Assembly: GCA_013265495.1 (NCBI GenBank)
Contig: MU058384.1
Location: forward strand, 2,889,010 to 2,953,009
DNA: 64,000 bases
Source of the DNA: Vicugna vicugna
Taxonomy: Eukaryota
Direction: 5' to 3'
Shown: positions 1 to 13,787 of the stretch, piece after piece
Position numbering within the stretch: position 1 is the stretch's first letter
Layout: the number at the start of each line of letters is the position of its first letter
Notes under the pieces: model-generated
Seen by the model: the letters and a program-made list of their open reading frames with translations, nothing else
Databases searched by the model: none
Told to the model about the DNA's origin: nothing
Made by a program: the position numbers and the translations under genes

Positions 1-3000
1 CATTGCATTTCCTATATTAAATCTCTTCCGGCTTAGAATTCCCAGAGTGGTAATATTTCTCACCTGACCTAATTTTGACCAATTACAGCACTTTCCCCAG
101 GGTGTTGTAATTTTGGTGTCCATCTGTGCTTCTTTCTCTGCATAGGTGCTCTTGGAGACATACAGCATGTCTTATTCATCTCTGTCTGCCACTGCTTGCA
201 ATATGGAAGGCACTGTATTGTTAAATGATGTTAAAAGAGTACACAATACATTTGAGTTGGGAGAAGATGAGATATTTCAGAATAAGCCAAGAAATGTACA
301 TTCGGAGTAGGGAAAAAAGGGAAATCTTCAAAGTGTTAATCTTGAACTCCAGGCTTATTTTGTATGGGTCAACTAGCTGGTTCACATTTAGAGCACTAAC
401 TTGATTAAGAAATTCTATGCAATGAAAGTCTCTCTCTAACAAAGTAGGATCTCTTAAGAACTGACAAAAATATTTGTACATCCTGCAAATTAGCATCGAC
501 AATCTTGTTAGGGTTCAACTCAGTGGTGACATGCCTTCTCACTGAGGTTCATTAGACCTCAAATACCATCTCAATATTTGCTTCCAAGAGAAGGTTCAAA
601 CTGTTTTAGACATTGGGTTAAGAATTTGGGACAGAGAAAAAGAAAGTTTCCTTACTTTAAGAAAATCACATTGATGATAAACAAGTTAACCAACGGTGAC
701 AGAAACAGTGACAGAAAGTACATAGAGCTTAATGGAAACACCGAAGAAAAGCAGCTAACTCAAACGGGAGAGTATGAGACAGAAGGTATTTCTTGGTGTA
801 CGGGTACCTTGGGTTGAGTCGTGAGGGCTGCATAGGAGTTGGCTAGGGAATAAGGGTGGAAGGGGCAGGGACAGTGGCAATGGCAGGGGTAGCTCTGGGC
901 TGTGGGCTCATGCCTGCTGGATTCTACAGGGGTGTGCACGTATGCAGAGAGCTGTGCATCCACACTACAAAGGGCCTTGTGGGCCACGCAAAGGAGCTAG
1001 GACTTACTTAAAAGCCCATAGAGGGCCACAAAAAAAGTCCTATGGTTCAGTGAAATTCTGTTCAGAGTTTAGGGACTATGAGTTTCATTCAAGTCCTTGA
1101 CCCTAAAATCTTCCTGCTCTAGAGTGTTCCACAAGCCCCAAGGTAGGGGGGCATGATTAGATGGCATTTATAAAGACCCCACTGGCTGCACCAGGATGGT
1201 GCAGCAAGGGTCATAATTGAGAGCAAGAGGACCAGCTACCAAGCTGTGCAACGGTCCAGGTGAGAATCAATCTGGTTGATGAGCGTGGGAGCCTAGAAGA
1301 GCTGATAGATTCCAATTCCTTTAACCCTTCTCCTCTTCTTCTTCTTCTTTTTTTTTTACATTTTTTTCATTAAAATTTTTTCTGTTTCATTTTACTTTCA
1401 TTTGTATTAAATAATATTTTATGGTATATTCCTCTATTTATCTAATGGTTTGAAACATATGCCTACTATGTTATTATGACATCTGTTAGCAAACTCTTTG
1501 AAAATTAGATTTGATCACTAATATATTTTGGATGGAGGAGACATTAATATACTTACTTGGACATGTAATATCAAGCTGTCCTTTCCTCAAAAATACAAAA
1601 TTCCACATAGACAACAAAAGAAACATAAAGTCAGCCTAAGTAAGATGTTTCTAAATTCTGCGGTTAAATACTTGTGGTACATTTTGCACAGACCTACAAA
1701 CTATTCTGCTGCCTTGCAGGGTGTGTGTAGTTTGTCCTGGGCCAATGGGGATAATTCTTTTGTGGATCCAGAAGCCTCTGTGTCAACAATTTCTGTTCCA
1801 CGTTTCAAAACTACTCCTGTTTTTTTTTTTTAAACTGTGAAAAAGGCCATTTTTTTTCATATCTATTTATTAAGTGCATTTTTTTTTACCAGCCATAATA
1901 TTGCATGCTTTCTTTCCCAGTCTGTCTATGGCTATTGGAAAGCTGTAGGTCTCAGACTTAAATAAAAATATCAGTCTTCTATTTTGAAAATGGTCTCCAG
2001 TTTGAATACAGTGTTTTAAACAAAACGTAACTTCAAACTTGAGTTAGAAAACATAATCTTTTGAAAACCGAGGAACAGGTGGCTAGTATTTTTACTTAAA
2101 AGTACCTGCTTTAAAAACCACAAACCTGATGATATCTTTAAATCCTCAAAAAGGCATAACACAATCACCACCTAGTCATGTTTAGTTTAAGTTTACTAGA
2201 GATGATCATGAAAAGTGTGAAGTGCTAGCTTCTTCCTATTTTATGACTCATTAGTCTACTGGAAAATCTAACTCTAAAACTGGAATTCACAGAGAAGCAT
2301 CATATGCTCATGAAACTATTTCAACATTCAACCGACAAGTTGATTTCACGTTCATTGAACTGCTGGGTGAGAGGGGACATAGGACACCTTGGACCTGAAG
2401 GATTTCAGGGGCAAGGACTTAAATGAAGTCCAGGTCCCTAAAACCTGAGCAAAACTTCACCAAGTCATAGGACTAGAATCAGTTAGAATACAGGTAAATA
2501 GATGAGCATTGTTGTAAAGGTAGGTTGGAGGTGGGGGTGGACAGTGAGAGAGGGATTTATTCCACTTCTTTCCTTGTTATTGCAGGGCTCCACATTTCTT
2601 AATATTAGGAAATTCATGCTTGTATTTGCTGTGATTCTTCGTGCTGTAAATAACATCTTCTCTTAGTTTAATTCCTGTCCAGACTGATAGCTAGATGTCT
2701 TGTTTAATACAATAAAGTATTATAGTAATATTTGAAAACATCATGTCAAGTCTCCTTCTAACAAGCACTAAGGGTTTTCCAGATTACCACCTTTAAACTC
2801 AAGATTCTTAGGTAGTAGCTGGTGGGGGTTGTAGCTTGGAAATAAGATTTCCCTCTGGGACTTAAATAATAAAGCAGCTCGGAAATGTACAAAGTCACCC
2901 GAAGAGACAGAGTGTGGCCTGGTTGAAGGTGTTGCCATGAATAGAGGAGAGCAGACCAATGAGAAAATGGGGGTAGTGACACAAAGAACAGGCAGGGTCT

Positions 3001-3536
3001 CAGGAGCAGGTGTGGTCCATCCAGGCGCCGTATGTGGGAGACAGCATCCTGGAGAACGGCTGTGTGCAGAATGAAGACTCCACCTGCTGGGACCTGGTGA
3101 TGGAAATATCCCACCACTCTGAGGAAGAATGCATCATTGCACAACGTCAGTCACCAACCCCCAGTTCGATTATTCTTCCCATGGAGTGGGCCTCTGAGGA
3201 GGGGGTGCATTGACCGGCATTGCAAGTGTTTGTACGTCTTTGATAGTAAATTGTTCTCACATAAATTATCCATGCGGTAGCATCTCTCTGATCTTGGTTA
3301 ATATGATATTGCCTCTGGAAGATGGAGTTTTTTATGCCATTTTATGCCAAAGAAGACTCACAATGATAATAAATGCCACCTAGTCGGGGTGCAGATGACA
3401 AGCTGGTCACCTGCAGAAGGTGTCACCTGAAAGAAGTTGCCTAGCCTCTTCAGGTGCCCCAGGCTCACTGTAATTGTGTTCCCTTTCTCTTCATTGCCTC
3501 TGTGAAAATAGGCCTCTTCTGACTACCAGTGATTTA

Positions 3537-3672
3537 AATTTCCAACATGTTATGCAATGCTTTTTACAATTTGAACCAACTTTATTTATTCTTATCTCAT
3601 ATATGGGCAAAAGACAAGAATGAATAAAGTTGGTTCAAATTGTGAAGAGCATTGCATAACATGTTGGAAATT
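3537..3672. repeat. Inverted repeat, 61-bp arms, 14-nt spacer
   Basis: Arm 3537-3597 is the reverse complement of 3612-3672 with 4 mismatches. Confidence 0.95.
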
Positions 3673-5559
3673 GGACCCCGAAGGCTTTTAATCTCATGCT
3701 ATCTTTAAAAACATTTTGAGTACACATTCACAATATATGTATTATTTTAAATCAATTAAAATATACTATTATATGAAACATTAAAAATCACAAAATATGG
3801 GAATTTTAAAAGAGATAAAGATGAATAAGGCAATATTTTAAAATAACTGTTTTTATTAATGGTAAAACACCTTTTGTTCTCAATAAGAAATAATAAAATT
3901 AAATATGTTCCATTATTTAAAAAAATCATCATCTATCCCTTTATAACAAAGTCATTCCAAAGTCTGATTCTAAGTTCATTTTGTTGTGATCCTTGACCAT
4001 CTGAACTGGAAGAGATACCAACAGACAGACAGAAAAACCAGAGAAGATGGAGAGAAATAAAAAAATCATTGTGCCTCCTTATTCATGATTGATTAAATTT
4101 CATTTCCAGCTATCGACTATGTAAAAGTTTTTGTTGAATCTCAGTTAGTAAATTCCACTCTTCTTTGATATCAATTAGTTGGAAAGTTGCAAAGATACAT
4201 TGATATCTCCATTAAATAGGTTCAAAAATTCAATACCCCCTGAAACTCTTCATTTGGATAGTTTTTAACCAGACTCTAGAATATTTGGCTTCCAAGTTTG
4301 ATTGTGTGGGTATGAGAGGTTATAGGTAGCACAGCTATACCAATTTTGGTAATCAAATCATGTAACAAGGTGTAAGTCCAATGTTGTTTGTCTCAATATG
4401 TCGGATGTGAGTGAACGAAGGCACCGTTGCTACCGCTCTTAGCTGGGCAGCTCACTGTGACTTTAGGGCGGCTCCGGTGACAGTGACCCCCTGACACTGA
4501 CAAAGGGAGAACACCAGCAGTAGTAACTCATGTATCAAATACTAGCAAAATGAACTCAGAGCTTTCTGATTTTCTTCCTGTATCTCCTGGTTGCAGGCAC
4601 CCAGCTTTGGGAAGAGTAGAAAGCCCACCAGGGAGTTTTGATTAGAGGAGACACATCACCAGGCCTGTGATTTACAAGCAGAGGTAACTAGCAAGGGAGT
4701 GGCCTAGGATGGGGAGGCCAGAGGCAAAAAGACAGAAGGAGGCTGGGGTCCAAGCTGGAGCAGCAGAAGGAAAGGGGGAAGGGTGGATTTGAGAGATGTT
4801 TTGGAGATGCACTGCATGGAAGTTCGGACGTGGGAGGAGGGGGAAAGTCTAGAGGTGGCTAGGAAGCTGATACTGCCCTTCTCTGCTCATGGAGGGAAGA
4901 GGGCAGGGGTAAAGTATCGCAAGCTTAGTCCTGGGTGATCCGAGTGTCCACCCCGTGTGGTGTGAAGGGGACATGCCGCCACATCGGAAGTGGAGGCGTG
5001 AGCAAGCTGAAGCCAGTTCCTTCCAAGTCTTATTTTTCAGCTTCCATGTTAGGTTTTTTGCCTTTTTGGAAAGTCATCAGTTTTTTTGAGACTCTGCCAA
5101 AAGCCGCTGGTCCCACTTCGGAAAGATAATGTACCCACCCCAATATAAAATTGTACCTATGCTTTCTTTATAGGGTCCCCAACCCCTGAGGTCCACCCAG
5201 ATTGGAGATCTGCCCTCAGTGGCAACCTCACTGCCCTCCAAACCTGCCCTATTTCCCTTTCTATGTGCCAGTCCTCTGAGTCAGAGCTAATTTGCTAATT
5301 ATAAGTCACTTCCTATTTTAGAAGTCCTGATGACTTATGGTCAAATGCTTATATTCATCATGATGATTGAAGAATTGTAGTTTTTAAGCCGGGTGAGAGA
5401 TGGAAGAACAATGGAGAAAAAGGAAAGATGCCAAGTGGAGGCTTTGTGATTTCTCTGGGTAACTGTTCATACAGCTCAGACAGGATGGGGCGCCGTGGGA
5501 CACACACAGCACCACCTGAGAACTATTCTAGCCTAACTGATCCAGAATCTACTAAGAAG

Positions 5560-6050
5560 TCTGGAAAAACAAGTTAAATGAGACCAAAAGAAAGCGATCA
5601 GCCAAATCCAGAATATGAGCTAGTCTACAGATGACCTAATTACCTTATTGAATAGCATGAAAAATTAAAATGGAATACTACAGAATAAGAGAGTTTTAAG
5701 AAATGTTAGCAATCAAAAGCAACAAGTCTCTGTATAGTTGACAATCTGAGAAATTAGAATACATACTTAGGATTGGATGGCATTAAACATCATTTAGCTA
5801 AGTGTTAACAGTGGTGGTTATGTAAAAAGAACAGATTCTTATCAATTAGAGATGCACACTGATGTATTTGTGTCAGGACACAATATCTGGAATTTGCTTT
5901 GAAATAACCCAGAAAAAAAAAAGATGAAAAATGAAATAAACTTGGCAAAATGTTGGTAACTGTTGAAACTGGATGATGGATGTATGGGGGTTCACTGCAC
6001 TCCTCTTTACTTTCTTGTACGTTATAAGTTCCCACAGTAGGTTTAAAAAT
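5560..6050 (+). mobile_element. Old L1 (L1M-type) 3' end fragment
   Basis: Degenerate L1M 3' UTR motifs such as ggcaaaatgttggtaactgttgaaactggatgatgg...gggggttcact. Family called by eye. Confidence 0.55.
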
Positions 6051-6624
6051 ATTGTTAAGTTTTTTTTAAATGCATGGTTCTAAAATCTGGCTGATGGTCA
6101 GAATTTCTTGGGGGAGCTTAAAAAAAAAAGATTCCAGGAGTTGCACAGTCCTCCAGAATCAGTCCTCTATAGGTACATTTGTGTGGGGTGGAAGAATGAG
6201 CCACTTATAACTAACTTCCCAGGTCATGTGCTGCCAGTGCTTGTGGCCAACACAGCCATAGGTCATCTCTTCTAAGGTCTGACCCGAGAAGTCTCACATC
6301 ACTTCTTCTTCCTCCCCCTCTAATTTCTTTCTTTCTCTCTCTGCTTCTCCCTCTTGTCTTCTCTTGCTGCACTTTACAAAGGCTCAGGGCAGGAACCATC
6401 TGAGGAGCACAGGTACCTAGCATCTTGCAGGAACGGGCACTGGCAGGTGTTCCCCACTCCCCTCTGGGCCTCGGTGTCCTCATTTTTAAACCAGATGCCT
6501 TACCCTTCAAGGTCAGTTCTCTTACTATCCATGGGTGAGAGATGGATTCCCTGCTCGGGTGTACCTTGAAATAAAATTATTTGAGAAGCATGGTCTTAAT
6601 ATCTGGGCCTTTTCCTTTCAGCAT

Positions 6625-6666
6625 TCATAAACAAAAACATCAAAATTTGTTCTTAAATAATTTATT
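6625..6666 (-). terminator. Polyadenylation signal of TNFAIP3
   Basis: Minus-strand AATAAA at 6666-6661, followed ~20 nt later by the GU-rich tract GATGTTTTTGTTTATG. Confidence 0.8.
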
Positions 6667-8535
6667 TTTTAATATTGACTTTTGTGAAAAGTTACATTTC
6701 AATTTAAGGAATCTTGAAAAAAGCCAACACAGAGCCGACAGTTTTCTATCAGACAACTAAATGTGCAAATTTCAAATGCTTTCTATAATAAGTATAAATA
6801 TTTCCACTTTTCACATTAAGGATGAAAATATTGAAACACATAAAATAGTAAAACAGCAACTTTAAAAGAACTAGTTGAAGAAAACTGATGTTCATTTGAA
6901 CAATTTAGAAAGAAATTATAAAGGGTATGTGAAGGAAAAAGGCTAATGGTGTTCCACGGGGAAAACACATCACATAGTACAAGTAAAGACCACGGAGAAT
7001 TACAGAGAGCCAAGACTTTCAGGTCAGAATACCAAACACACAAACACACACAAAATAGCAGCCTTTACCTCTGGGAAAATGTGTTTCCCCTCCCTTTTTT
7101 CTAGAACAAGTATGACAGTAACACAAAGCACACAGAAATTATAGGCTAAGCACAGTGAGAAATTTCTGCTTACTCAAGGTATTAAGACTTTGCTATCCCA
7201 ATGTTTAGGGGCCACTGGACACGAGGTCACTGACCAGCACCCCAGGACACAGCAGTGACATAGCAAAGAAAGGCAACATCTTTTCCAGTGACTTTGTCCA
7301 ATCTCATCCCGGTTCCTTCCCAATCATCTCTCTAAGGAGGTAGGATACACAGAAGCATTTAAACAACACGGAGTGCAGTTTCTTATTGAGGGCCTGGGAG
7401 GCGGCGCTAGCCAGAGTTTCATGAAGAAGCGTGAGATTTTAATGAATTTCCTACAGATGCAATTCCTTCTTTCCCAGGGAAGGCAATCGAAGTGCAAGGA
7501 AGAGCCCGACTCCCCCACTGTGGTCAGGAACTTGCCTGGGTCTGTGATGTGACTGAAAGCAAATACGATGTCTCAAGAAAACAGTACAGCATGTTGCTCA
7601 GACCAGGAGATCTTCACTTAAATAACCTTAAAGTTTGCAATAAAATAAATAAAGTGACTGACAGACATACACGGAGCTCCTTTTAACAAGGTAGCTGGTT
7701 GAGTTCATGTGTATAGAAGAGGTGCCTGCCCCAACAACAACCAGAAAATAGGTTATTATTATTCAGTCTTCTTACTGGAAACCTCTAGGGCAGCATCTCA
7801 ACATAAAAAAATTCCCTCATACATCATATAAGGGGACATTATATATGAATATATCTCTATGCACACCTCAGTTCAAGCTAACCTTGAGAAGTAAAGACAG
7901 TGATAACCAAAAGAGGTACCCTTCTGCCCACTGACTTATTCTGAGTCTTAAAAGGTGCATATTATAAAGAGCAGCTGGTTGGCTTTTCATCACAAATGTG
8001 TTTGGTCTCAGCAGCGTCAGAATCATAGTCCGTGGATGGTTCTGCTTCTGCCGTGTCTGTGGGAAAGGAACAAGGTCGGCAGGGAAGAACCACCACCGAC
8101 TGACCCCGGAATCGGTCCACTTCGCCTGGGCTTCCCGAGCTTCAGGCAGAGGGCCTGCGGCCCCGAGGCCCCGCCTCCCTGTCACTGAGAGATGCTGATG
8201 GAGGGCAGGGGAACAGCTCTGAACCGTGTGTCTTTTCCCTGTCCTCGGAAGGTGATGAAGCAGTCCTGGCCCTGGTGTGAAGTCCATGAAGTTCCTGGCC
8301 TTCTGCCTGGTAGGAGAGGGGGAGGACCCCGGGCTGAATCCGACACCACCTGCTGCCGGTCACATGCTTCGCTCAGATTCCTGGCCGTGACTGAGTGTGT
8401 CTTTCCTCGAATGCTGTTTAGAGACACTCCATGCAGGGACAGACCCTCCGGTGGCACCGGGGCACTGAGAGCAGAGCACCACGCTGGCTAAGGCTCCAGG
8501 CCGCTCTGGGCTGGGGCGGGCCTGCCGGCTTCGGG
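6640..8535 (-). other. TNFAIP3: TNFAIP3 3' UTR (~1.9 kb)
   Basis: Runs from the stop codon to AATAAA. Contains the ARE nonamer UUAUUUAUU (7644-7652) and several miRNA seed matches. Confidence 0.8.
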
Positions 8536-8820
8536 TCAGCCATACATCTGCTTGAACTGAAAGCACTCGTTGCAGTAGCCGTTACACTTGGCGTTGCCGA
8601 AGTGGTCGCAGGCGGGGGCCTGGCAGCGCTGCGTGGGGGGCTCCTCGGGGACAAGCTCTGGCCGCCGGGGGCCCGGGCCCGCTCGCTGGCTGAGCGGCTG
8701 GCATTCCATGCAGAGCTCCTGGCTGCGGCAGGCCAGGACGTTCCTGCAGGTGGCGCGGGCACACTTGGACCTGGAGGCGCTCTGGGGGGCTCGGGGCACG
8801 TCTCTGCGCTGGCTGGACCT
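8536..8820 (-). CDS. TNFAIP3: TNFAIP3 exon 9 coding part (ZnF6, ZnF7, stop)
   Basis: ACCCAG|AGGTCC encodes RSSQRRD...[28 protein letters not shown] at 8538-8536; 285 nt. Confidence 0.97.
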   Translation of the reverse strand, partial: RSSQRRDVPRAPQSASRSKCARATCRNVLACRSQELCMECQPLSQRAGPGPRRPELVPEEPPTQRCQAPACDHFGNAKCNGYCNECFQFKQMYG

Positions 8821-9380
8821 CTGGGTGGAGAGAGAGCAGAGAAAACCATTGCTCACTTTTCTCAGGGAGAGCAGTGCTGTTTCTTTGAACAGCGGGGATC
8901 CTACAAAGGGCTCTGTGGGGCGAAGGGTGTCTGCCTAACCAAGGGGACAGGAGTCTCCAAGGACCTTTCCTCACCAACCATGAAAACAGACCAGGCTCCT
9001 GGGAGGTCAAGTGGAAGCACCAATCCTAGGAGGCAGGCTAGCAAACGCCGGCCCAGTTCACTTCCATTTGTATTAACACTGTGCTGCCTTCATCTAGACA
9101 GAGTCCCTACCACTCCACAGCCAACGGAAGAGGTGCTTCTTAATTAATGCCTGCTTTTCTCATAAGTCAGTAAGTGGAGGCCCTGGGATGCCCTGCGCCT
9201 CCTGCTTCCATCTCATGATAGAGGGTTACTTAAGAAAGGCTGCCGGCCACTTAGATGTCTGTGCTTCTACTGCAAACCCAAGAAGTCTCTCATGGCCATC
9301 TGGCTCTTTGGAGGCCTTAAGAGGTTTTATTCTACAGCTGATTTTATATGCCACTTAAAATGAATTCTATAGTAAACTTA

Positions 9381-9995
<615 letters not shown>

Positions 9996-10387
9996 TCAAA
10001 ATCTGCAATTTCTAAAAGCAGGTGTTCTTACAATGTCAGCGGAGACCCCTTCTTTCTACCTACTGCTCTTCAGGTTTTGCGTTTTCTCTATGATGCCGAA
10101 GTTTCAAAAGAAGTCTAGCTTAAACTCCATCTTATATACATGACACCGTGTGACTTTATAAAAACAAATTCTCTGAACTCTACCTACTGGGCGCTTTTGG
10201 GTCTTGGCGCATGCTAGTCTGGGCCTTCTGTCTCCACGTGCACTGGCAGAGCGACTGTGACTGTCTCCCTTTGCCAACCACACTCTACCCTACGGCACAG
10301 AGAGGATCCCTTTTTGAGGTTCAGGAGCAAACCGCCTTCTGGATGGGCTTTAAAATGGGGGTTAGGGAAATCCATTATCTTACTCAC

Positions 10388-11292
10388 GTTTATTTTCTCT
10401 GTACTCAATGAAACACAGCGTGCAAAAGCCTTTGTTCTCTGGAGTCCCAAAATACATGCACCCCGCTTTTCTGCACTTGCTCGTCCCAGTCCTGTCCCCT
10501 GGTGTCCGCGTGGCTGGGGAGTGGCAGCCGGAGGGGGCCTCGGCCCCGGCCCGGCGGCAGGAGTGAGGGGAGAGGCTCGGGATGAGCTGTGAGGGGTCGG
10601 ACTTGGAGCGCTGGTGACAGGCAGGTGGGATGCTGGAGCCGAGGTCTGAGGTGGGCTCGGCCGTAGCCCTTTTAAAGCAAGTGCTACAGATCCCGTTAAA
10701 CGTCCTGGTGACATCCTGGAGGCAGGCCCGGCACTTGCCGGGGTCCAGGTGGGGTGCGGGGTCTGAGGGTTGGCCGGCGTTCAGCTGCCGGGCATGGTGG
10801 CAGCGCTCGCAGAATCCGTTGTGCTGCACATTGAGCGTGAAAGGGCAGCCGGGGCTCCTGCACTTCATGGCCGTAGTCTCACTGAACAAGAAGAGGCTGG
10901 GCGCCGTCGGAGGGGCCGAGTGGGGGCCCCCGGAGGGCTCCTCGGGGCTCCAGGCTTCGCCCCGCGAGGCCCCGAGTGCCAGGCCGGGGAGCGCCTCGGG
11001 GCCTGGCTTGGAGTTGGGTTTCGGGGCTTTGGTCTGGTTCTTCTGCCGCCGCTCCGAGCACTCGTGGCAAAACGGCTGGGTGTTGACGGACATGAAGAAA
11101 GGGCAGTTGGGTGTTTCACATTTTATGTCCATGAGAGAAAGCTGGGGGATGGAAGGTTCCAAAGGATTCGGAGGGTGCATGTCTCGCCGCCCCTGCTCGT
11201 TATTTTCTTGCCACTTCTTGTACTCATGCTGGACAAGTTCAAAGTAATCATCTACCAAGTTTATTTCTTTTGGTAAGTTCGCTTCATCCAAC
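10388..11292 (-). CDS. TNFAIP3: TNFAIP3 exon 7 (end of OTU, IKK phosphosite QLSLM, ZnF1-4, MALT1 site GASR/G)
   Basis: TTTAG|GTTGGATGAAG encodes [12 protein letters not shown]...[30 protein letters not shown]; donor AAAC|GTGAGT; 905 nt. Confidence 0.97.
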
Positions 11293-12438
11293 CTAAAGAC
11301 CAAAAGGAAAATGTGAGACTACGGCTGCGCACAGACACACACACACAATTTTACATCATCAGCTCAGAGAGCAAACTTGTAGAATGTGGATCGCAGCAAT
11401 AACCTTGTAACTGTTCATTGAACTGCAGCCTGTGATAGAGTTTACATCTCTAACACAGCACGGGCCAATCCTGCTGAGAAGATGTCATTATTTCCAGAAT
11501 CACAATTTTATTTGATCAATTTTGGTCCACCCCAAATTACAGATAATTCTAAGGAAAGAGATATGCAGGGGCTGCCTCTACACTTCATTACTCTATTCTT
11601 TTTTGAAAATGTCACTTTTATTTTCTAACTTCTCAGAGACTAAATTTCTAGTGAAATATTATTCAGGGTATTCATTTGAGACTAGCCTACTTTATAGCAC
11701 CAACTACGCTGGAACTTTGTGTTCTGAATTCTGCTGTTATTAATTTTCACCGTACACCTGGTTCCTATTAGCGTTAACTGCAGGAGCGGTCACTAAGAGG
11801 TGGACACACCCCCAGGTGCTACGTTCTGACTTCTGACTCTGTAATTTGTCCATCTCCACTTGGAGAAACCGAATCTCTTAGGCCTTCTCGGTCTTCTCTT
11901 GTGTCTTTCAAATTCTAGGAAACAGGCATCTCTTTATCATAAAGCCAGTACTGACAATTTCGATACCTGTACAACCTGCACCCTGGGTCTCTCCTCCCTT
12001 CTCCCTGTGGCAAAGTCATGTGTCTGCAACCTTAAACATTTGACAGCTCAGTCTGTCTGACGCGTCTGCCTTACCCAGAAGCCAAGAGAAAGAGGCTTTT
12101 GTTTCCAAGAATTTTCACTTGCTGGTCTAGCACCAGGGCAATGAAAAAAAACCAACCCTTGATGTAAACACCCTTTTAGAAGCCACAGTTCCGACTCTCA
12201 CATCCAAATAGGCAGGAAAATCATTACAGATAAGCTGCTTGTTCCCATTTGAAAGCAAAGCCAGTACTGCCTGAAATGAATGTCTTTCACTCTCATACAA
12301 GCCTCTGAATTTGTTTCACACTGGAGGAAACTGGCTTCAAATATCTTTACTGATGAGCTTTGGGGTGGCAGCAGCCTCTGTGGCTGAAGTAAAAACAGCG
12401 GAAGATGACAAACGATGGTGCTAAAAACAAACTGCTTA

Positions 12439-12672
<234 letters not shown>

Positions 12673-12869
12673 TTATGTGTGAGGCCATATATATAATGAC
12701 TACATTTTGAAAATGCAGAAAGGATACAATTACAGAGTGGAAAAGTATTATCAAGCCACAGAATCAAATGTGGAAACAAACTGTGCTGAACTCTAATAGA
12801 AAATGTACTGTTTCCAGGAAGCTCACAGAATATTTAGAGGCCTGGAGGCACTGAATCGTATTGGTCAAA

Positions 12870-13100
12870 TTCCCACACTTCAGAATCAGACGGACCTGAG
12901 TTCGAATCCTGTCTTTGCCACTATCCAGCTCTGTGATATCAGGCAAATTATTTAACCTCTCTGAGCTTCCAGTGTCTTATCTGTAAAATAAGGTTACCAG
13001 TGCTTACAGCATCCACAGGGATGCTGTGAGGATGGAATAGATAGAATAATGTATCCAAAGTACTTACCCAGTGCCTTATTCATTCCACATTAAGCTATCA
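12870..13100 (+). mobile_element. MIR SINE (intron 5)
   Basis: MIR core motifs gttcgaatcctg...ggcaaattatttaacctctctgagc...ctgtaaaat. Confidence 0.7.
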
Positions 13101-13348
13101 CAGTAATAGCTAAACCACCATTTACCTGCTTCATGTCAGGCACTATATTAAGGGTTCTGTGTGCCTTAATATGTCATACACATATATCTCCTACTTGCCA
13201 CTAACATGCTGAAAGTACTTTCCAAACTAAACACAAAAAGGCAGGGAGGGGCATTATGATTACTGTCACTGCACTACTGCTGCTAATCAAATAAATGACA
13301 GATTACTGTATTTAAATAAAACTAATATACTTAAATGACGCCATTTCA

Positions 13349-13621
<273 letters not shown>

Positions 13622-13787
13622 TTAAGGAAAGAGAAAGGAAAAATAAGGCCCTCTGTGACTTCCATCGGATTCCATTAGCTATAATCGCCTACAACTTTGG
13701 TGGTGTGGACTTTCCCAAGAGCTAAAGCAGCTGAAAATAAATAATAAATAAACTTAAATACAGGTAAGCCGTCTGCAAGCATCTCAC

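Noticed and set aside
2758..3213. Overlapping short ORFs downstream of TNFAIP3
   Set aside because: No recognisable protein in the frames I read and no convincing exon or retrocopy hallmarks.
8431..9147. 238-aa plus-strand ORF antisense to exon 9
   Set aside because: Shadow ORF of GC-rich coding sequence; low-complexity Ala/Gly/Leu content with no recognisable domain.
10630..11276. 205-aa and 168-aa plus-strand ORFs antisense to exon 7
   Set aside because: Stop-poor antisense frames of a GC-rich exon.
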